From the NCBI RefSeq assembly GCF_009914755.1, contig NC_060926.1: a stretch of DNA of 64,000 nucleotides; one strand, 5' to 3'. Shown in pieces: positions 46,842-60,539 of the stretch. The notes beneath the pieces were generated by a model. The model saw only the letters and a list, made by a program, of their open reading frames with translations. It was not told where the DNA came from and did no database searches. Position 1 is the first letter of the stretch, and the number at the start of each line of letters is the position of its first letter. The position numbers and the translations under genes are program-made. The DNA comes from the human T2T-CHM13v2.0 reference genome, Homo sapiens.

Positions 46842-48626
46842 CAATCATATGCCACAAAATGTGGTTTTGGTCATCAATGGATTGCATATACAATGGTTGT
46901 CCCTTAACATTGTAGTAGAGCTTAGTGACATTACAGCTATGGTAATGTCATCGTGCAACACATGACTCATGTTTGTGGTGCTGCTGGTGTAAACAAACCT
47001 AATGCACTGCCACTTGCATAAAAGTATCATTAATGATGTATAAAAGTATAATCAATTAATAACGGGATATGTTCTGAGAAATACATCATGGTAGGTGACT
47101 GGCATTGTGCAAACATTATAGAGTGTAATTACACAAACCTCGATGGTAAAGTATACTACACACCTAAGCTATACGATATAGCCTGTTACTCCTAGGCTAC
47201 AAACCTGTACAGCATTTTACTGTAATGAATGCTATAGGTAAATGTAACATAATTATAAATATTTGTGTATCTAAACATAGAAATTATATGTAAAAATATG
47301 GTATAAAAATACAGTCCACCTGTATAGGGCACTTATCAGGAATGGAGCTTCAATGACTAGAAGTTGCTCTAAGTGAGTCAGTGAGTGAGTGCTGAGTAAA
47401 TGTGAAGGCCTAGGACATTACTTTATGATACTGTACACTTTACCAACACTGTACACCTAGGATACACTAAATTAATTTAAAAAATAAAGTGTGTTGTGAC
47501 ATTATAACATCAATAGACAATAGAAATGATTAAGATCCATTATAATCTTATGGGACCACTGTCATTGTACACATGGTTCATTGTAGACCAAAATGCCATT
47601 ATCTGGTGTTTGACTTTATAGCAGATATAATTATGTACAGTACATAATATTTGATAATGATAAACAATTATGTTACTGGTTTATGTGTTTACTATATTAT
47701 ACTTTATATTACTATTTTAGAGTATACTTTTTCTACCTATTAAAAAAATTAACTGTAAAACAGCCTTAGGCAGAACCTTCAAAAGGTATTCCAGAAGAAG
47801 GAATCGTTATCACAGGAGATAACCGATTCATGCATTATTGCCCCTGAGGACCTTCCAGTGGGACAGGATGTGCAGGTGGAAGACAGTGATATTGATGATC
47901 CTGACCCTGTGTAGGCCTAGGCTAATGTGTGGGCTTGTGCCTTAGTTTGTAACAAAAAAAGTGTGCAAAGTAAAAAAAAAAATCCCAAACAAAATATATA
48001 GAATAACGATATAAAAAAAGAAAACATTTTTTAGAGCTGTACATTACACTTATGTTTCAAGCTAGCTGTTATTACAGAAGAATAAACAAGTTTTAAAAAG
48101 AAAAAGTATATAAAGTAAAAAGTTACAGTAAGCTAAGGTTAACATATTACTGAAGAAAAACTTTGAAATAAACAATGTAGCCTAATTATACAGTGTTTAT
48201 AAAGTCTACAGTAGTGTACAGTAATGTCCTAAGCCTTGACATTCACTCACCACTTATTCACTGACTTGCCCAGAACAACTTCCAGTCCTGTAAGCTCCAT
48301 TCCTGGTAAGTGGCCTATACAGGTTTATTTTTATGTACAAAATATTTTTCTTTTGTACCATATTTTTACTGTACCTTTTCTATGTTTAGACATATTTAGA
48401 TACAGAAATACTTACCATTATCTACAATTGCCTACAGTATTCAGTACAGCAGCATGTTATACTGGTTTGTAACCTAGAAGCAACAGGCTACACCATAAAC
48501 CTAGGTGTATAGTAGGCTCTACTATCTAGGTTTGTGTAAGTACACTCTATAATGTTTGCACAATGACAAAATCACCCAGTGAGGCATTTCTCAGATGTAT
48601 TTCCATTGTTCAGTCATTGATTACTG
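46842..48626 (+). mobile_element. Tigger3b (Golem) non-autonomous transposon with a nested Tigger3
   Basis: tgctggtgtaaacaaacct, cttccagtgggacaggatgtgcaggtggaagacagtgatattgatgatcctgaccctgtgtaggcctaggcta; TA flanks. Confidence 0.88.
47050..47616 (-). mobile_element. Tigger3c-like element inserted antisense into Tigger3b
   Basis: gttctgagaaa...acacaaacct...ctcctaggctacaaacctgtacagca; ccattataatcttatgggaccac; host resumes at tagcagatataattatgtacag. Confidence 0.82.
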
Positions 48627-49745
48627 TACTATAATTCCTTCTAGAAAGAGTAGAGAAAAAAGTAAATATTCAAAATTGAAAATGCCATAGTATTTTTCTT
48701 ACTTTAGTAACTAAAAATATTTATGAATTAATTTTAGTCACAGATAATACTTGTAAAATGCATCTACCCAATAGGAAAATTACTTTTTAAAAACTAATAT
48801 ATTGGCTTTTTCTAAATTGCAGGCAAATTTTCTAAAAGAGTTCACTGAAAATGAAGGCAAAAATGTTTATTTAGAAAACCTTGCTTTTTCCTATCACTAC
48901 AACCACAAAATATTTCTAGAAATAATTCGAGGTTTTTATATTTGGGGTTTCTTTTGTTCAACTGAATTCAGGATTGTGATGGGAAGGAGGCAGAGACAGA
49001 GAGTAGGACACAAAGGAGGTCAATGAATCAATTTTCTTCAGTTTCTGGTTGAAAACCAGATATGAAAGCACCCTAAGAAAGATCCTAAATCAATGTAGTC
49101 TCTCATGACCTTAAAGCCTCAAAATTTAAGCTCCTTCAAGCAACTATTTGAATGTGAAAAGGTTGATATCTGGAAAATATGAACATGTTTTTCTCTTTTT
49201 TCTTAGTGTAGGACCTTCTGCCTATTTGACTCAAGGCATTAACCTGAAGGATTAAAAAATGATCATTACAAATGAATACAATGAAAAATAAAGAATAAAT
49301 GTTTAGTTTCAGACATTTAACATAGAATTTTGCAGCAAGACTAGAGTCTCGTAAGATGGGCTACTGCCTTGAGAAAGGATTTTCTAAATTCCTTTATGTA
49401 TCTCTTTACCAAATCAAGAAACAAGGTCAAAAGACATGAGACAGAGAGTTTTTTCACACCGATGAAAATATATATTTTTTTGACTTTAAGATAGCTGGCT
49501 GTGCTTGTTGTTCTATAAACAGGATAAATACCAAAGAACATTGACTAAATCCAACACCTACCCATGAAAAAAACTCTCAAAAAAATAAAAATACAGGGTA
49601 ATTTCTACAATATGATAAAAAGCATCTCTAAAAATTCTGATGGTTAACACACTTAATGGAAAGACTGCATGTTTTCCTTCAAAAATCATAAACAAAACAA
49701 AGATGTCTTCTGTCGTCACTCTTGGAAGTTCTAGGCTTCTCAATT

Positions 49746-49871
49746 GGGAAGAAAGAAAAGAGAAGAGAAAGGAAGGAAGGAAGGAAGGAAAGAAGGAAGG
49801 AAGGGAGAGAGGGTGGGAGGGAGGGAAAGAGGGAGGGAGGGAGGGATGGGAAGAGGGAAAGAGGGACAGGG
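49746..49871. repeat. (GGAA)/(GGGA)n polypurine tract
   Basis: Direct reading. Confidence 0.93.
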
Positions 49872-50689
49872 CCAATTGGAAAGGAAGAAACAAAATTGTC
49901 CCTATTAACAGATTATGTGACTGCTTACATAGAAAATTCCAAGAATCTATAAAGAACAGTTCCAAAAGTAATAAGTAAATTCATAGAAGTCACAGAATAT
50001 AATATTAACACACAAAATTCAATTAAATTTCTCTACACCAACAATAAATGTGCAAAAGCCAAAATTGAAAACACTGTATCATTTTCAAGTATTCCAAAAA
50101 ATGACTCATATATAAGCAACAAAATATGTACAGAATCTTTATTTAAAAATTTAAAAGCACTGATTAAAGAAATTTAAGAAGACAATTTAATGTGGAATCA
50201 TATTATGTTCATGAATTAGAAGGTTCAACATAGCAAAAATGTCAATTCTCTCCAAATCGATCTACAGAGTCAAAGCAAATCCTATAAAAATCCCAGCAAG
50301 GTTTTATAAATAGACACAGACAAGTTTATTCTGAAATATATATGGAAAGGCAAAACGGCTGTATAATAACTACAATAATTTTAATGAAGACCAAAGTAAA
50401 GTAGAGGACTCATACAATTCAATGTTAAGGCTTACTATATAACTATGTAATCAATATAATGCTTTATTGGTGGAGAAAAAGGAACATAAATCAATAGAAC
50501 AGAATAAAAAGCCCAGAAATAGAACCACATAAATATGGTCAAACAAATTTTGAAAAAGAAAAGCAACAATTAAATATAGAAAGGACTGTTTTTTTCAACA
50601 AATGGTGCTGGAGCAATTGAAAAATTATGGGAAGTAAAAGAAAGAGCCTCAACCTAAAAACCTCACACTTCGTGTAAAAATTAACTCAA

Positions 50690-50986
<297 letters not shown>

Positions 50987-52325
50987 AAAAAATAACTCAA
51001 AATAGATCATGGGCTTAAAAGTGAAATGTAAAGTTATAAACTTTTTAGGAAAAAAAAGAGAAAATCTTTGTAGCTTAGATTTAGAAAAGATGTATTAGAC
51101 TTAACACCAAAAGCATGATTCAAAAAAGGAAAATGTAATAATCACAATTAAGATTAACACTTTTAATTCTTCAAAAGATTCTGTGAAGATGAAAAATAAG
51201 CTATAGACAGAGAAAACATTTGCAAATTACACTAGCAAGAAAGCACTTGATTTAGAATATATGAAGTTCAAAACTCAGCAATAAAAACATAATCTAATTT
51301 AAAATTATGCAGAAGCAGCAGACATTTCACTAAGAAGTATAAACAGATGACAACATGAAAAGATGTTCAACATCATTAGCCTCAGGGAATGCAAATCAAT
51401 AGCCAAATGAGATATCACTATGTACATATCAGCATGACTAAATTAAAAATTAACAAATAAACAAAATATGATAACACCAAATGCTGATGAAGATGTAGGG
51501 GAACTGCATTACTCACATTTGCTAATGGAAATACAAAATCACATAGGCACTCTAGAAAAGAGTATGTCAGTTTCTTACAAACTAAGCATGCGCTTACCAC
51601 ACAACCCAGAACTGTACTCCTTCACATTTGTATCAGAGACAGAAAAACTGATGTTTACACAAAAAACTGTATATAACTAATGCCCATAGTCACTTTATTC
51701 ATAATAGCTCCAAAATGGAAGCAACTCAAATGTCCACCAGGTAAATGGTTAAACAAAATGTGGTACAATCACACCACAGAATACACACTAATTAGCAATA
51801 AGAAGAAACAGACCAACTTGTGTATAAAGATAATTCTACTGAGTAAAAATCTCCAATCATAAGGTTAGATATACCTGTTCGATTTATAGAACATTTTTGA
51901 AGTTACAAAATTAGAGAGAAAAGGAAGAGATATGATATTTCCAGGGATTATGAACTGGAGAAGGAAATGATGGAAGGAAGATGGATGTTTCTGTAAAAGT
52001 ATAGCAGGAAAGATCCCTGAAATGAAACTATCTGTTCTGTATCTTGACTGTGGTTGTCACGTGAATCTTCACATCCGATAAAATTGAATAGAAATAAATA
52101 TATGCACATACAGATATGTGCACACAAGCACATGAATTACACAAATCAGTGCTTGTAAAACTGTGGATTCTAAATAATGTTGGTGCCTTTTATCCATATT
52201 AATTTGCTGATTTCGCTATGCTTATGTAAAATATTACCACAGAAAAAACCCGGTGAAGGGTATGCAGAATCTTATTATTTATTACAACTCTACATGAACC
52301 TATGATTCTCTCAAAACATTTTTCT

Positions 52326-52575
52326 TGAGGCGGGCAAATCACCTGAGGTCAGGAGCTCGAGACTAGCCTGGCCAACATGGCGAAACCCTGTCTTTACTAA
52401 AAATACAAAAATTAGCCTGGCGTGGTGGTGCACACCTGTAGTCTCACCTATTTGGGAGACTAAGGTGGGAGAATCGCTTGAACCCAGGAAGCAGAGGTTT
52501 CAGTGAGCTGAGATGGTGCCACTGCACTCCAGCCTGGGCAACAGAGCAAGATTCTGTCTCAATTAAAAAAAAAAA
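52326..52575 (+). mobile_element. 5'-truncated AluSx-like
   Basis: tgaggcgggcaaatcacctgaggtcagg...ctgtctc with A tail. Confidence 0.94.
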
Positions 52576-54195
52576 TTCTAAAATAAGGCAAAATAAGATG
52601 AATGAGACTAATTCACTTTTAAAAACATTAACTGGTAAATTATTTTTAAAATTTTAACTTGCAAGGGAATTCTACCTTCCATCCCAGGTTGGAAGAAGCA
52701 TTACTCCCATCTTCACAGCCATGAAGACCTAGACAAAGAGCTGGATTAAATTCAAATTATGACTTTTTTTTAATCTAACAAAAAGAAGCTGAGGTACCAT
52801 AACAACCAGCAACCCAAAACCTAAGGAGGTGTCTGCATGGGGAGAGAGAAGAGAGGATGTGCACATCTGGAGTAAATGCAACCAGTTACGGGTATGAACA
52901 GTTAGAATATAGAATAATTGAAAAAAATGAGTGAAAATGGAGTGCAGGCTGATGCAGAAATATGAAATACCTAGGATGCAGGCAAACAAACAAACAAGCA
53001 AACAAACTGGGGCAATATGTAACCTCTTTTAGGTTGTTTTCCTCCATGAACTCCATTGGATGCTTACAGAAAATACTATTCAAAAAAAAAAAAAAAAGCT
53101 CTAAGTAGCAGGACAGACCTGGAAGACAAAAAGAACACACCTATGCAAAAGCAGCAAAAAATTTTGCCTGGATTTTCTTCACTATCCCCACCATGAAACA
53201 AAAGCCTCAATCTATAGGGGAAAACCTATAAGGACATTGGTGAAATCTCATTGAATAAGGGATAAAGGAACAAGAAAAAGAAATTTGTAGTCCTGTGGGA
53301 GAAACAGGATTACGCACTGACCCCGTATCTGCAGCCATAGAAGGGGCAGAGTTAAAGAAGTCCCTAAACACAAGAAAACAGTGCATGCCTAAGACAGAGG
53401 TTCAACCAGAACAACAGAGATCACAGCTTATTTCTTCCTACCACTAGGCTATCTAGCTTTTTGAAAAACAAGTAACAGTAGACTTCTACTGGGGGAAGTA
53501 TAGGAGAAGCACAAGTACATTTGAGTATATTTATGTAATCTCTATTTTAATCCATTGATCTATCATTCTATCTCACACTGTCTGTTTTACTGCAGGTTTT
53601 TAGTAAGGCTTAAAATCCAGTATTGTGATTTCTCCAACTGTATTCTTCTTTCCAAAATTGTTCATCTTTTGGAGTTCCTTTACTTTTGCATATAAACTTT
53701 TGATTTACCATGTCAATATCAATGAAACCACCTACTGGGACCTTGATTAGACTAACTTTAAGTTCATAAACTGATTTGAGGAGAATAGACTTCTTTATTA
53801 CGCTGAGACTTCGAAACTGGGAACCTGTTATGTCTCTGCATTTATTTAGGTCTTTGATTACTTTCATCAATATTGCATAGTTTTCAGCTGACAGATCTTG
53901 TACATTTTCTGTGAGATTTGTATTTCATATTTTCACAACTATTCTTGTTATATTTCAGAGCTATTCTAAATAATACTGACATTTTAGTTTCTAATTGCTT
54001 ATTATGTCAAAATTATTATATGTGGAAATGCAATTGATTCCTGTATGCCAAACTTGTAACTTGTGATCTTATTATTCTCTTATTAGTTTTAGGACATTTT
54101 TTAGAAAAAAAAAAACACTGAAAGTTTATAATAGATAATCATGTCATGAGTGAAGAGAAATCATTGTGTTTTTTTTTTCAAATATATGTGCCATT

Positions 54196-56124
54196 CACTT
54201 TGGGTCCATCATGGCGGACGGCATGCAGAACTAGATTGAAGCTCTGACTCTGACAGACAGAGCAGTGTGCGGGGGTTCGCATAGTGTATTTTAGCTCCAG
54301 AACGATTACAGGAATAAATCAGGAATCCTAAGAGGACCTACAGACCCTCTAAGGAAGCAGACTGTTTCTGCAGGACCCGGAAGACACCACAAATACTGTG
54401 AGTGCCCAAACTGCGGAAGTGGGAAAGGGAGAGCTTTTGCCCTCCCCAACCATCCCAAACCAACACACACACCTCCTGGGTAAATAGAAGGTCTAGTTTG
54501 CAGGAGAAGATTCTGGCCTTACCTGGAGCTGAATCCATTTAGAGAGCCCAGCGAAATACAGGGGTAGAGGAAGCAGCGGGAAAGGCCCTGGGAGCTAGCT
54601 GGTCTCCAACCAGGCCATTCCTGCCTGGCATCACAGGAATTCTTCGGGAGGGCAGCCAGTGGTATGGGGAAAACGCCGCAGGTAAAAGCAAATCTCTAGC
54701 TGAACTTTGTAACAATTTGAACCAGCTGAAAAGCCTCCCTTTTGTTTAGCAGCTGGGAGGCGGGTAACCTGGGGCAAGTTCTCAGCTCTGCGCACTGCCT
54801 GCCTAGTGCTGTTAATGGCGGCAGGGTGGCTGGGTGAGGCCGGTGACTGCTGGCTTTCTCACACTTCCTGACAATCTGCATGACTCAGCAGAGGCAGCCA
54901 TAATCCTCCTAGGTACACAACTCCATTGACCTAGGAACCTCCCCTCCAACCCCGAGAGCAGCTGCAGCAGGTCCTGCCCAAGGAGAGTGTGAGGTCGGCC
55001 ACGCCTAGCCCCGCCTAGCCCCGCCCCCACCTGATGGTCCTTCCCTACCCACCCTGGTAACTGAACACAAAGGCCATATACTCTTGGGAATTCTAGGGCC
55101 CCACTCACTGCCGGTTCCTCTCCAGACTACCATAGCTGATGCTCTCTGGAAAGCGCCACCTCCAGGTAAGGAGGCCAACCAGCACAAAAATAGAGCATTA
55201 AACCACCAAAGCTAAGAACCCTCACAGAGTCCATCCCATTCCCCTGCCACCTCCACTGGAACAGGTACTGGTGTCCATGGCCGAGAGACCCACAGACAGT
55301 TCACATTACAGAACTCTTTGCAGACAACCCCCAGTACCAGTCCTGGAGCCTGGTAAACTTGCTGGGTCTTGGCTCTTAGGAAGCCACATCCATAGGAAAA
55401 TTGGGAGAGTACTACGCCAAGGGAACACCCTGTGAGACAAAAGAATCTGAACAGCCTTCACCCCTTGACCTTCCCTCTGACAGAGCCTACCCAAATGAGA
55501 AGGAACAAGTAAACCAACTCTGATAATGACAAAACAAGGCTCTTTAACATCCACCCCCGCCCCAAATCACACTAACTCACCAGCAATGGATCCAAACCAA
55601 GAAGAAATCCCTGATTTACCTGCAGAAGAATTCAAGAGGTTAGTTATTAAGCTAATCAGGGAGGCACCAGAGAAAGGCGAAGCCCAGTGCAAGGAAATCT
55701 AAAAAACGAAACAAGAAGTGAAGGGAGAAATATTCAAGGAAATAGATAGCATAAAGAAAAAACAATGAAAACTTCAGGAAACATGGGATACACTTATAGA
55801 AGTGCAAAATGTTCTGTTAGGTCTTAGCAATAGAATTGAACAAGTAGAAGAGAGAAATTCAGAGCTCGAAGACAATGTCTTCAAATTAGCCCAATCCAAC
55901 ATCGACAAAGAAAAACGAATAAGAAAATATGAACAAAGCTTTCAAAGAGCCTGGGATTATGTTAAACAACCAAAACTAGGGACCTAAAGTGTTCCTGAGG
56001 AAGAAGAGAAATCTAAAATTTTGGAAAACATATTTGGGGAATAATCAAGGAAAACTTCCCCAGCCTTGCTAGAGACCTAGACATCCAAATACAAGAAGCA
56101 CGAGGAACACCTTGGAAATTCATC
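54196..56124 (+). mobile_element. L1PB(a-like) 5'UTR and N-terminal ORF1; 3'-truncated, no poly(A)
   Basis: Start atcatggcggacgg...actagattg; ORF1 coiled-coil peptide at 55802-55987; 18-bp TSD tcaaatatatgtgccatt at 54178-54195 and 56125-56142. Confidence 0.9.
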
Positions 56125-56846
56125 TCAAATATATGTGCCATTTTACTTATTTTTCTTGCCTTATTATGCTGGCTAGGATTTCCAGTATAATGCTTAATAT
56201 CAATGATGAGAGTAGACATTCATGGTTTTTTTTTTTTTTCTGATCTTAAGAGAAAACTTTCAGTACTTCATTATTAAATATGAGGTTAGGTAGGTTAAGT
56301 AAATTTTGTAAACATTCTATTATGTTCCAAGTTTACTGGCAGCTTTTAACATGAACAGATGTTAAATTTTCTCAAATGCTATTTCTCTATCAACTAATAT
56401 AATCACATTTTTATTTGTTTTATACTGATGATATAATGTATTACATTGATATATTTTTTGAATATTGAACCAGTTATTATTGCTACAATAAAACCTACTT
56501 GGTTATGGTATAATATTCTTTTTATATATTGCTGTATTCAGTTTGCTAATATTTTTTGAGGATTTTCAGATCTATGTTCATGATGAAAATTTGTCTGTTT
56601 GTATGTTCATTTTCTTGTACTATCTTCCATCTGGTTTTGATATCACAGCTATTCTTGACTCAGAAATTGGAAAGGTCTTCTTCCTGTTCATTTTTTAACT
56701 TTTTTGGAGTTGACTTTTTTCTTTAAATGCTTGATATTACTTCCCAGTGACATGACTTGTGCATAAAATGTCCTTTCCCATACCATTTTAACCATTATTT
56801 TAAGTTTCTTAATAAGTTTACTTTTGAGTAAATTTTGATAGCTTTC

Positions 56847-57247
56847 TGGTATGATTTGAATGTTTTGTCCCTCTGTAACTCATGTTGAAACTTGATCTCT
56901 AATGTAACAGTATTAAGAGATGGGGCATTTAAGAAGTTGTGTCATGAGGATTCTACCCTCATAAATGGATTCATGTATTCATGGATTAATAGATTAATGG
57001 ATAAGTGGATTAATGAGTTACCATGGGAGCAGGTCCATTATAACAACCAGTTTGGCTCTCAGTGCACCTCTCTCACCCTGTGATGCCCTGTGTCAGGTAA
57101 TGATGCAGCACCAGGCCCTCACCAGAAGCTGACCAGATGTGGCTGCCCAATCTTGGACTTCTCAGCCTCCAGAACTCTAAGAAACATTTTCTTTATAAAT
57201 TAATTAGTCTTAGGAATTCAGTGATAGCAACAGAAGGGACGAAGACA
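56847..57247 (+). mobile_element. MST(C/D-like) MaLR solo LTR
   Basis: tggtatgatttgaatg...cttggacttctcagcctccagaact...gaagaca; TSD ctttc/ctttt. Confidence 0.85.
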
Positions 57248-58679
57248 CTTTTCCCTTTCATGAAGTTGGTCCATGTCATCTGAGTTGTAAATATTTTTGT
57301 TCATAGAGTTTTCTTCCAGCATCTTCTTATTAATTTTTTAACCTTTGCATGGTCTGTAGTAGTATTCACTGTTTTATTTCTAATATTGACAAAAATGTAT
57401 GTCTTCTGTCATTTTATTCTTTATCAGACTAGTTAGAAGTTTATCAATTTTGTCATTTTTCCCATTAACCATCTTTTTGTAGTTTTATTCATTTTGTGTG
57501 TGTGTTCTGCTATTAATTTCATTGCTCTCTGCTCCTATTTTTATTTCTTTTCTTCTGATTTCTTTAGAATTACTGTTTTTAATTTTTCAAGTTTCCTTAG
57601 AAAAGCTTTGATTTTAGGTTTGAGACTTTCTTGTTTTCTAATATTAGCATTTATTCCAATAAACTTCCTTCTAAGCACTGCTTTTGATAATGTTGTATTT
57701 TAAATTTTATTCAGTTCAAAATATTGTCTAATATCTATTGAGATTTCCTATTTAAGCTTTTAAATAACTTTGAAATATATTTTTAGATTTCCAAATATTT
57801 GCAGATTTTCCAGATTTAATTTGCAGATTAAATCTGCAGATCCAGATTTGCAGATTTAATTTCATTATGATCAAGGAACATACTTGTGTGCTTTCAATTG
57901 TTTTACATAAGGTTTCATTATCTTTTACAAGATGATGATTAATACTAATGAATGATTTCATACCAACTTGAAAATAATGTCTATTCTACTGTCATTTGGT
58001 AGTGTCCTATAAATGCCAATTATATCCATTCGGTTTATGATACTGCTTAGCTATTCTATCTTCTTGAGGATTTTAAAATTTATTATTGTGTTGATAATTT
58101 AGAGAAGCATTTCAAACCTCCAACTACAGTTGTGGATTATACATTTCTACTCTGAGATTTCAAATACATGTGAAATATATATTTATATTTTCATGTATGT
58201 CAAATATATTTTTAAATATTTTCAAATTTTCTGGATTTCTTATTTTGTTTATTAATGTTTTCCTATTTTAACTTCTGTACCTTTAAATTTTAGTGTCTAA
58301 TGAATAAGTCCACACCTACTATTATTCTTTCCTTTGTTTTATTCATTGAAACTTTAATTTTTTTCTAGATTGACATTGATATCCCTTTGTGATAGCACCC
58401 CCCCAAAAAATTGTATTGTATTTGATTGCCGTTGTATTCATTGCATAATTTTAATGCTAACAAATTGGATAAATTTTTCAGAAAGTGGGCAGATTGACAT
58501 TTCTGGCAGAACCCTAGGAGCAGAAAAAAAATCTGAAAAACAAATAAGGTAACACCACCTATATTTTTATATGTTGCTTTTAGTGTCATGTGTGACTTAG
58601 TCTCATTTCCGGACAGGGAATTTATGAACTCTGTGTATGGGGGTAGACAGAGTAAGGCCGATAGTAAAGATTTTCTAGC

Positions 58680-60500
58680 ATTCCAAAAATAATCCTGCAT
58701 TTATCCTGATAAAAAATCCAGAAAAAGATCCTACCAGAAAAGAAAACTCCAGGCCAATATCCCTGATGAATACAGGTTCCAAATTTCTCAACAAAATACT
58801 AATAAACTGAATGTTACAGCATGTTAAAAGAATCATACGCCATGATGAAATGGGATTAATTTCTAAGATATACAAGGATGGTTCAACATAAAGATCAATC
58901 AATATAATACATCACATTTAACAGAACAAAGGAACAAAGAGAAAATTACATAATCACCTCAATAGATGCACAAAAAGCATTTCACAAAATTCAACCCTGT
59001 TCCTGATGATAAAAAGAAAGAAACACTCAACAAACTAGGAATAAAAGGAAATGCAAATTGAAACCACAGTGATATAATCACCTCAAACCTGTTAGGATGG
59101 CTACTATGAAAAAACAAAGGATAAATATTGTCAAGGATGTGAGGAAATTAAACCCCCTGTGTAGTTAGTGATAATGTAAAATTGAGCAGCTACTATGGAA
59201 AACAGTATGGAGGTTTCTCAAAAAATTAAAAATATAATTACCATGTGATCCAGCAATTCCATTTCTGGGTATTTATCCAAAATAATTGAAATCAGGCTCT
59301 CAAAGAAATATTTGCACTCCTACATTCATAGCAGCATTACTCAGAAATGCCAAGTGGTAGAAACACCTAAATGTCCTTTGAGAGATGAATGAATAAAGAA
59401 AATGTGATTTATATAGACAATGAGATATTATTCAAATGTAAAAAGAAGGAAATCATGTCATATGACACAACTGTATTACCCTTGAGGACATAACGTTAAG
59501 TGAAGTAAGCTAGTTAATAAAGGACAAATACTGCATGATCCCATTTATATGAGGTCAGACTACTATAAAGTAGTCAGACTCTTGAAACAGAAAGTACAAT
59601 GGTGGTTGTCAGGATGGCAAAGTTTAGAGATGTCTTTTATAGAGTTGTGATTATAGTGTTACTGGCAGGTCTTTGTTCTTGTCCCGCTCTCAAGATAGGG
59701 GCAAGCCTTTTTTTCTCTCACCTTGGGTTCTTGGCCTCACGGATTCCAAGGAATGGATCCTTGGGCTGTGTGGTGAGTGTTACAGCTCTATTAGAAGCAG
59801 TGGGTGACCAAAGAGAACCGTGGAACCCAGCGACTAGTGTTCAGCTCGATTAGGACAAACCCGGGCACTTAGCTGCGCTGGAACAATGGCGAGCCTCTAG
59901 CCCAATCGGGAGCAGCAATGGGCGCCTTGCTGGATCAGAAGTGCAGCGGACACCCTGCCAGATCCAGAGGGGTGGAAGTCAACGGGGGATCTGTGATGGC
60001 GGCATTCAGCAGTGGTTGACAGCAAGTGAAAGCTCAGCTCAAGCCGGAACAAACACAGACCGGAAGAGTGTGCAGTTGCAAGATTTAATAGAGTAAAAAC
60101 AAAGCTCCCAAAATATGGGAGGGGACCCAAAGGGGTTGCCACCACCAGCTCAAATGCCGGAGGTTTATATCCCAATCATTGCCTCCCCCTGTGCTCTCAG
60201 GTGATAGATGATTTGATTATTTCCTTACCTCCTGCTTTTAGCCTAATTGGTATTTTAGTGAGCTCTCCTTCCTACCTGACTGGTCGGGTGTGAGCTGAGT
60301 TACAAGCCCTGTGTTTAAAGGTGAGTGTGGTCACCTTCCCCAGCTAGACTCAGGAATTTTTAGTTGGCCTAGGAAATCCAGCTAGTCCTGTCTCTCAATA
60401 GTATAGAATACTCTACTGTACACTTAAAATTTTGTTAAGATGGGAGATCTCATGTTACATTTTTGTAACTACAATAATATTTTTAACCACAATAATAACA
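58680..60500 (+). mobile_element. L1MA-like ORF2/3' end, internally deleted and split by LTR17
   Basis: aggccaatatccctgatgaa, caaggatggttcaacata, ccagcaattccatttctgggtatttatccaa, gatctcatgtta. Confidence 0.82.
59657..60397 (-). mobile_element. LTR17 (HERV-W) solo LTR
   Basis: Minus strand begins TGAGAGACAGGACTAGCTGGATTTCCTAGGCC; TATA-like gatataaac near 60165; ATTAAA near 60086; TG...CA termini; 4-bp TSD atag at 59653-59656 and 60398-60401. Confidence 0.95.
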
Positions 60501-60539
60501 AGCATAATTATGAAAGAAAAAAATAGCAAAAATATGGAG

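Larger units (their letters stand above)
53515..58390 (-). mobile_element. Old L1M ORF2 (antisense), host to an L1PB 5' end and an MST LTR
   Basis: tccattgatctat, tttatttaggtctttgatt, ttcagtttgctaatatttt, aaacttccttctaagcactgcttt. Confidence 0.75.

Noticed and set aside
49558-49978. Glu/Gly/Arg-rich and Pro/Ser-rich ORFs
   Set aside because: Translation of the polypurine simple repeat
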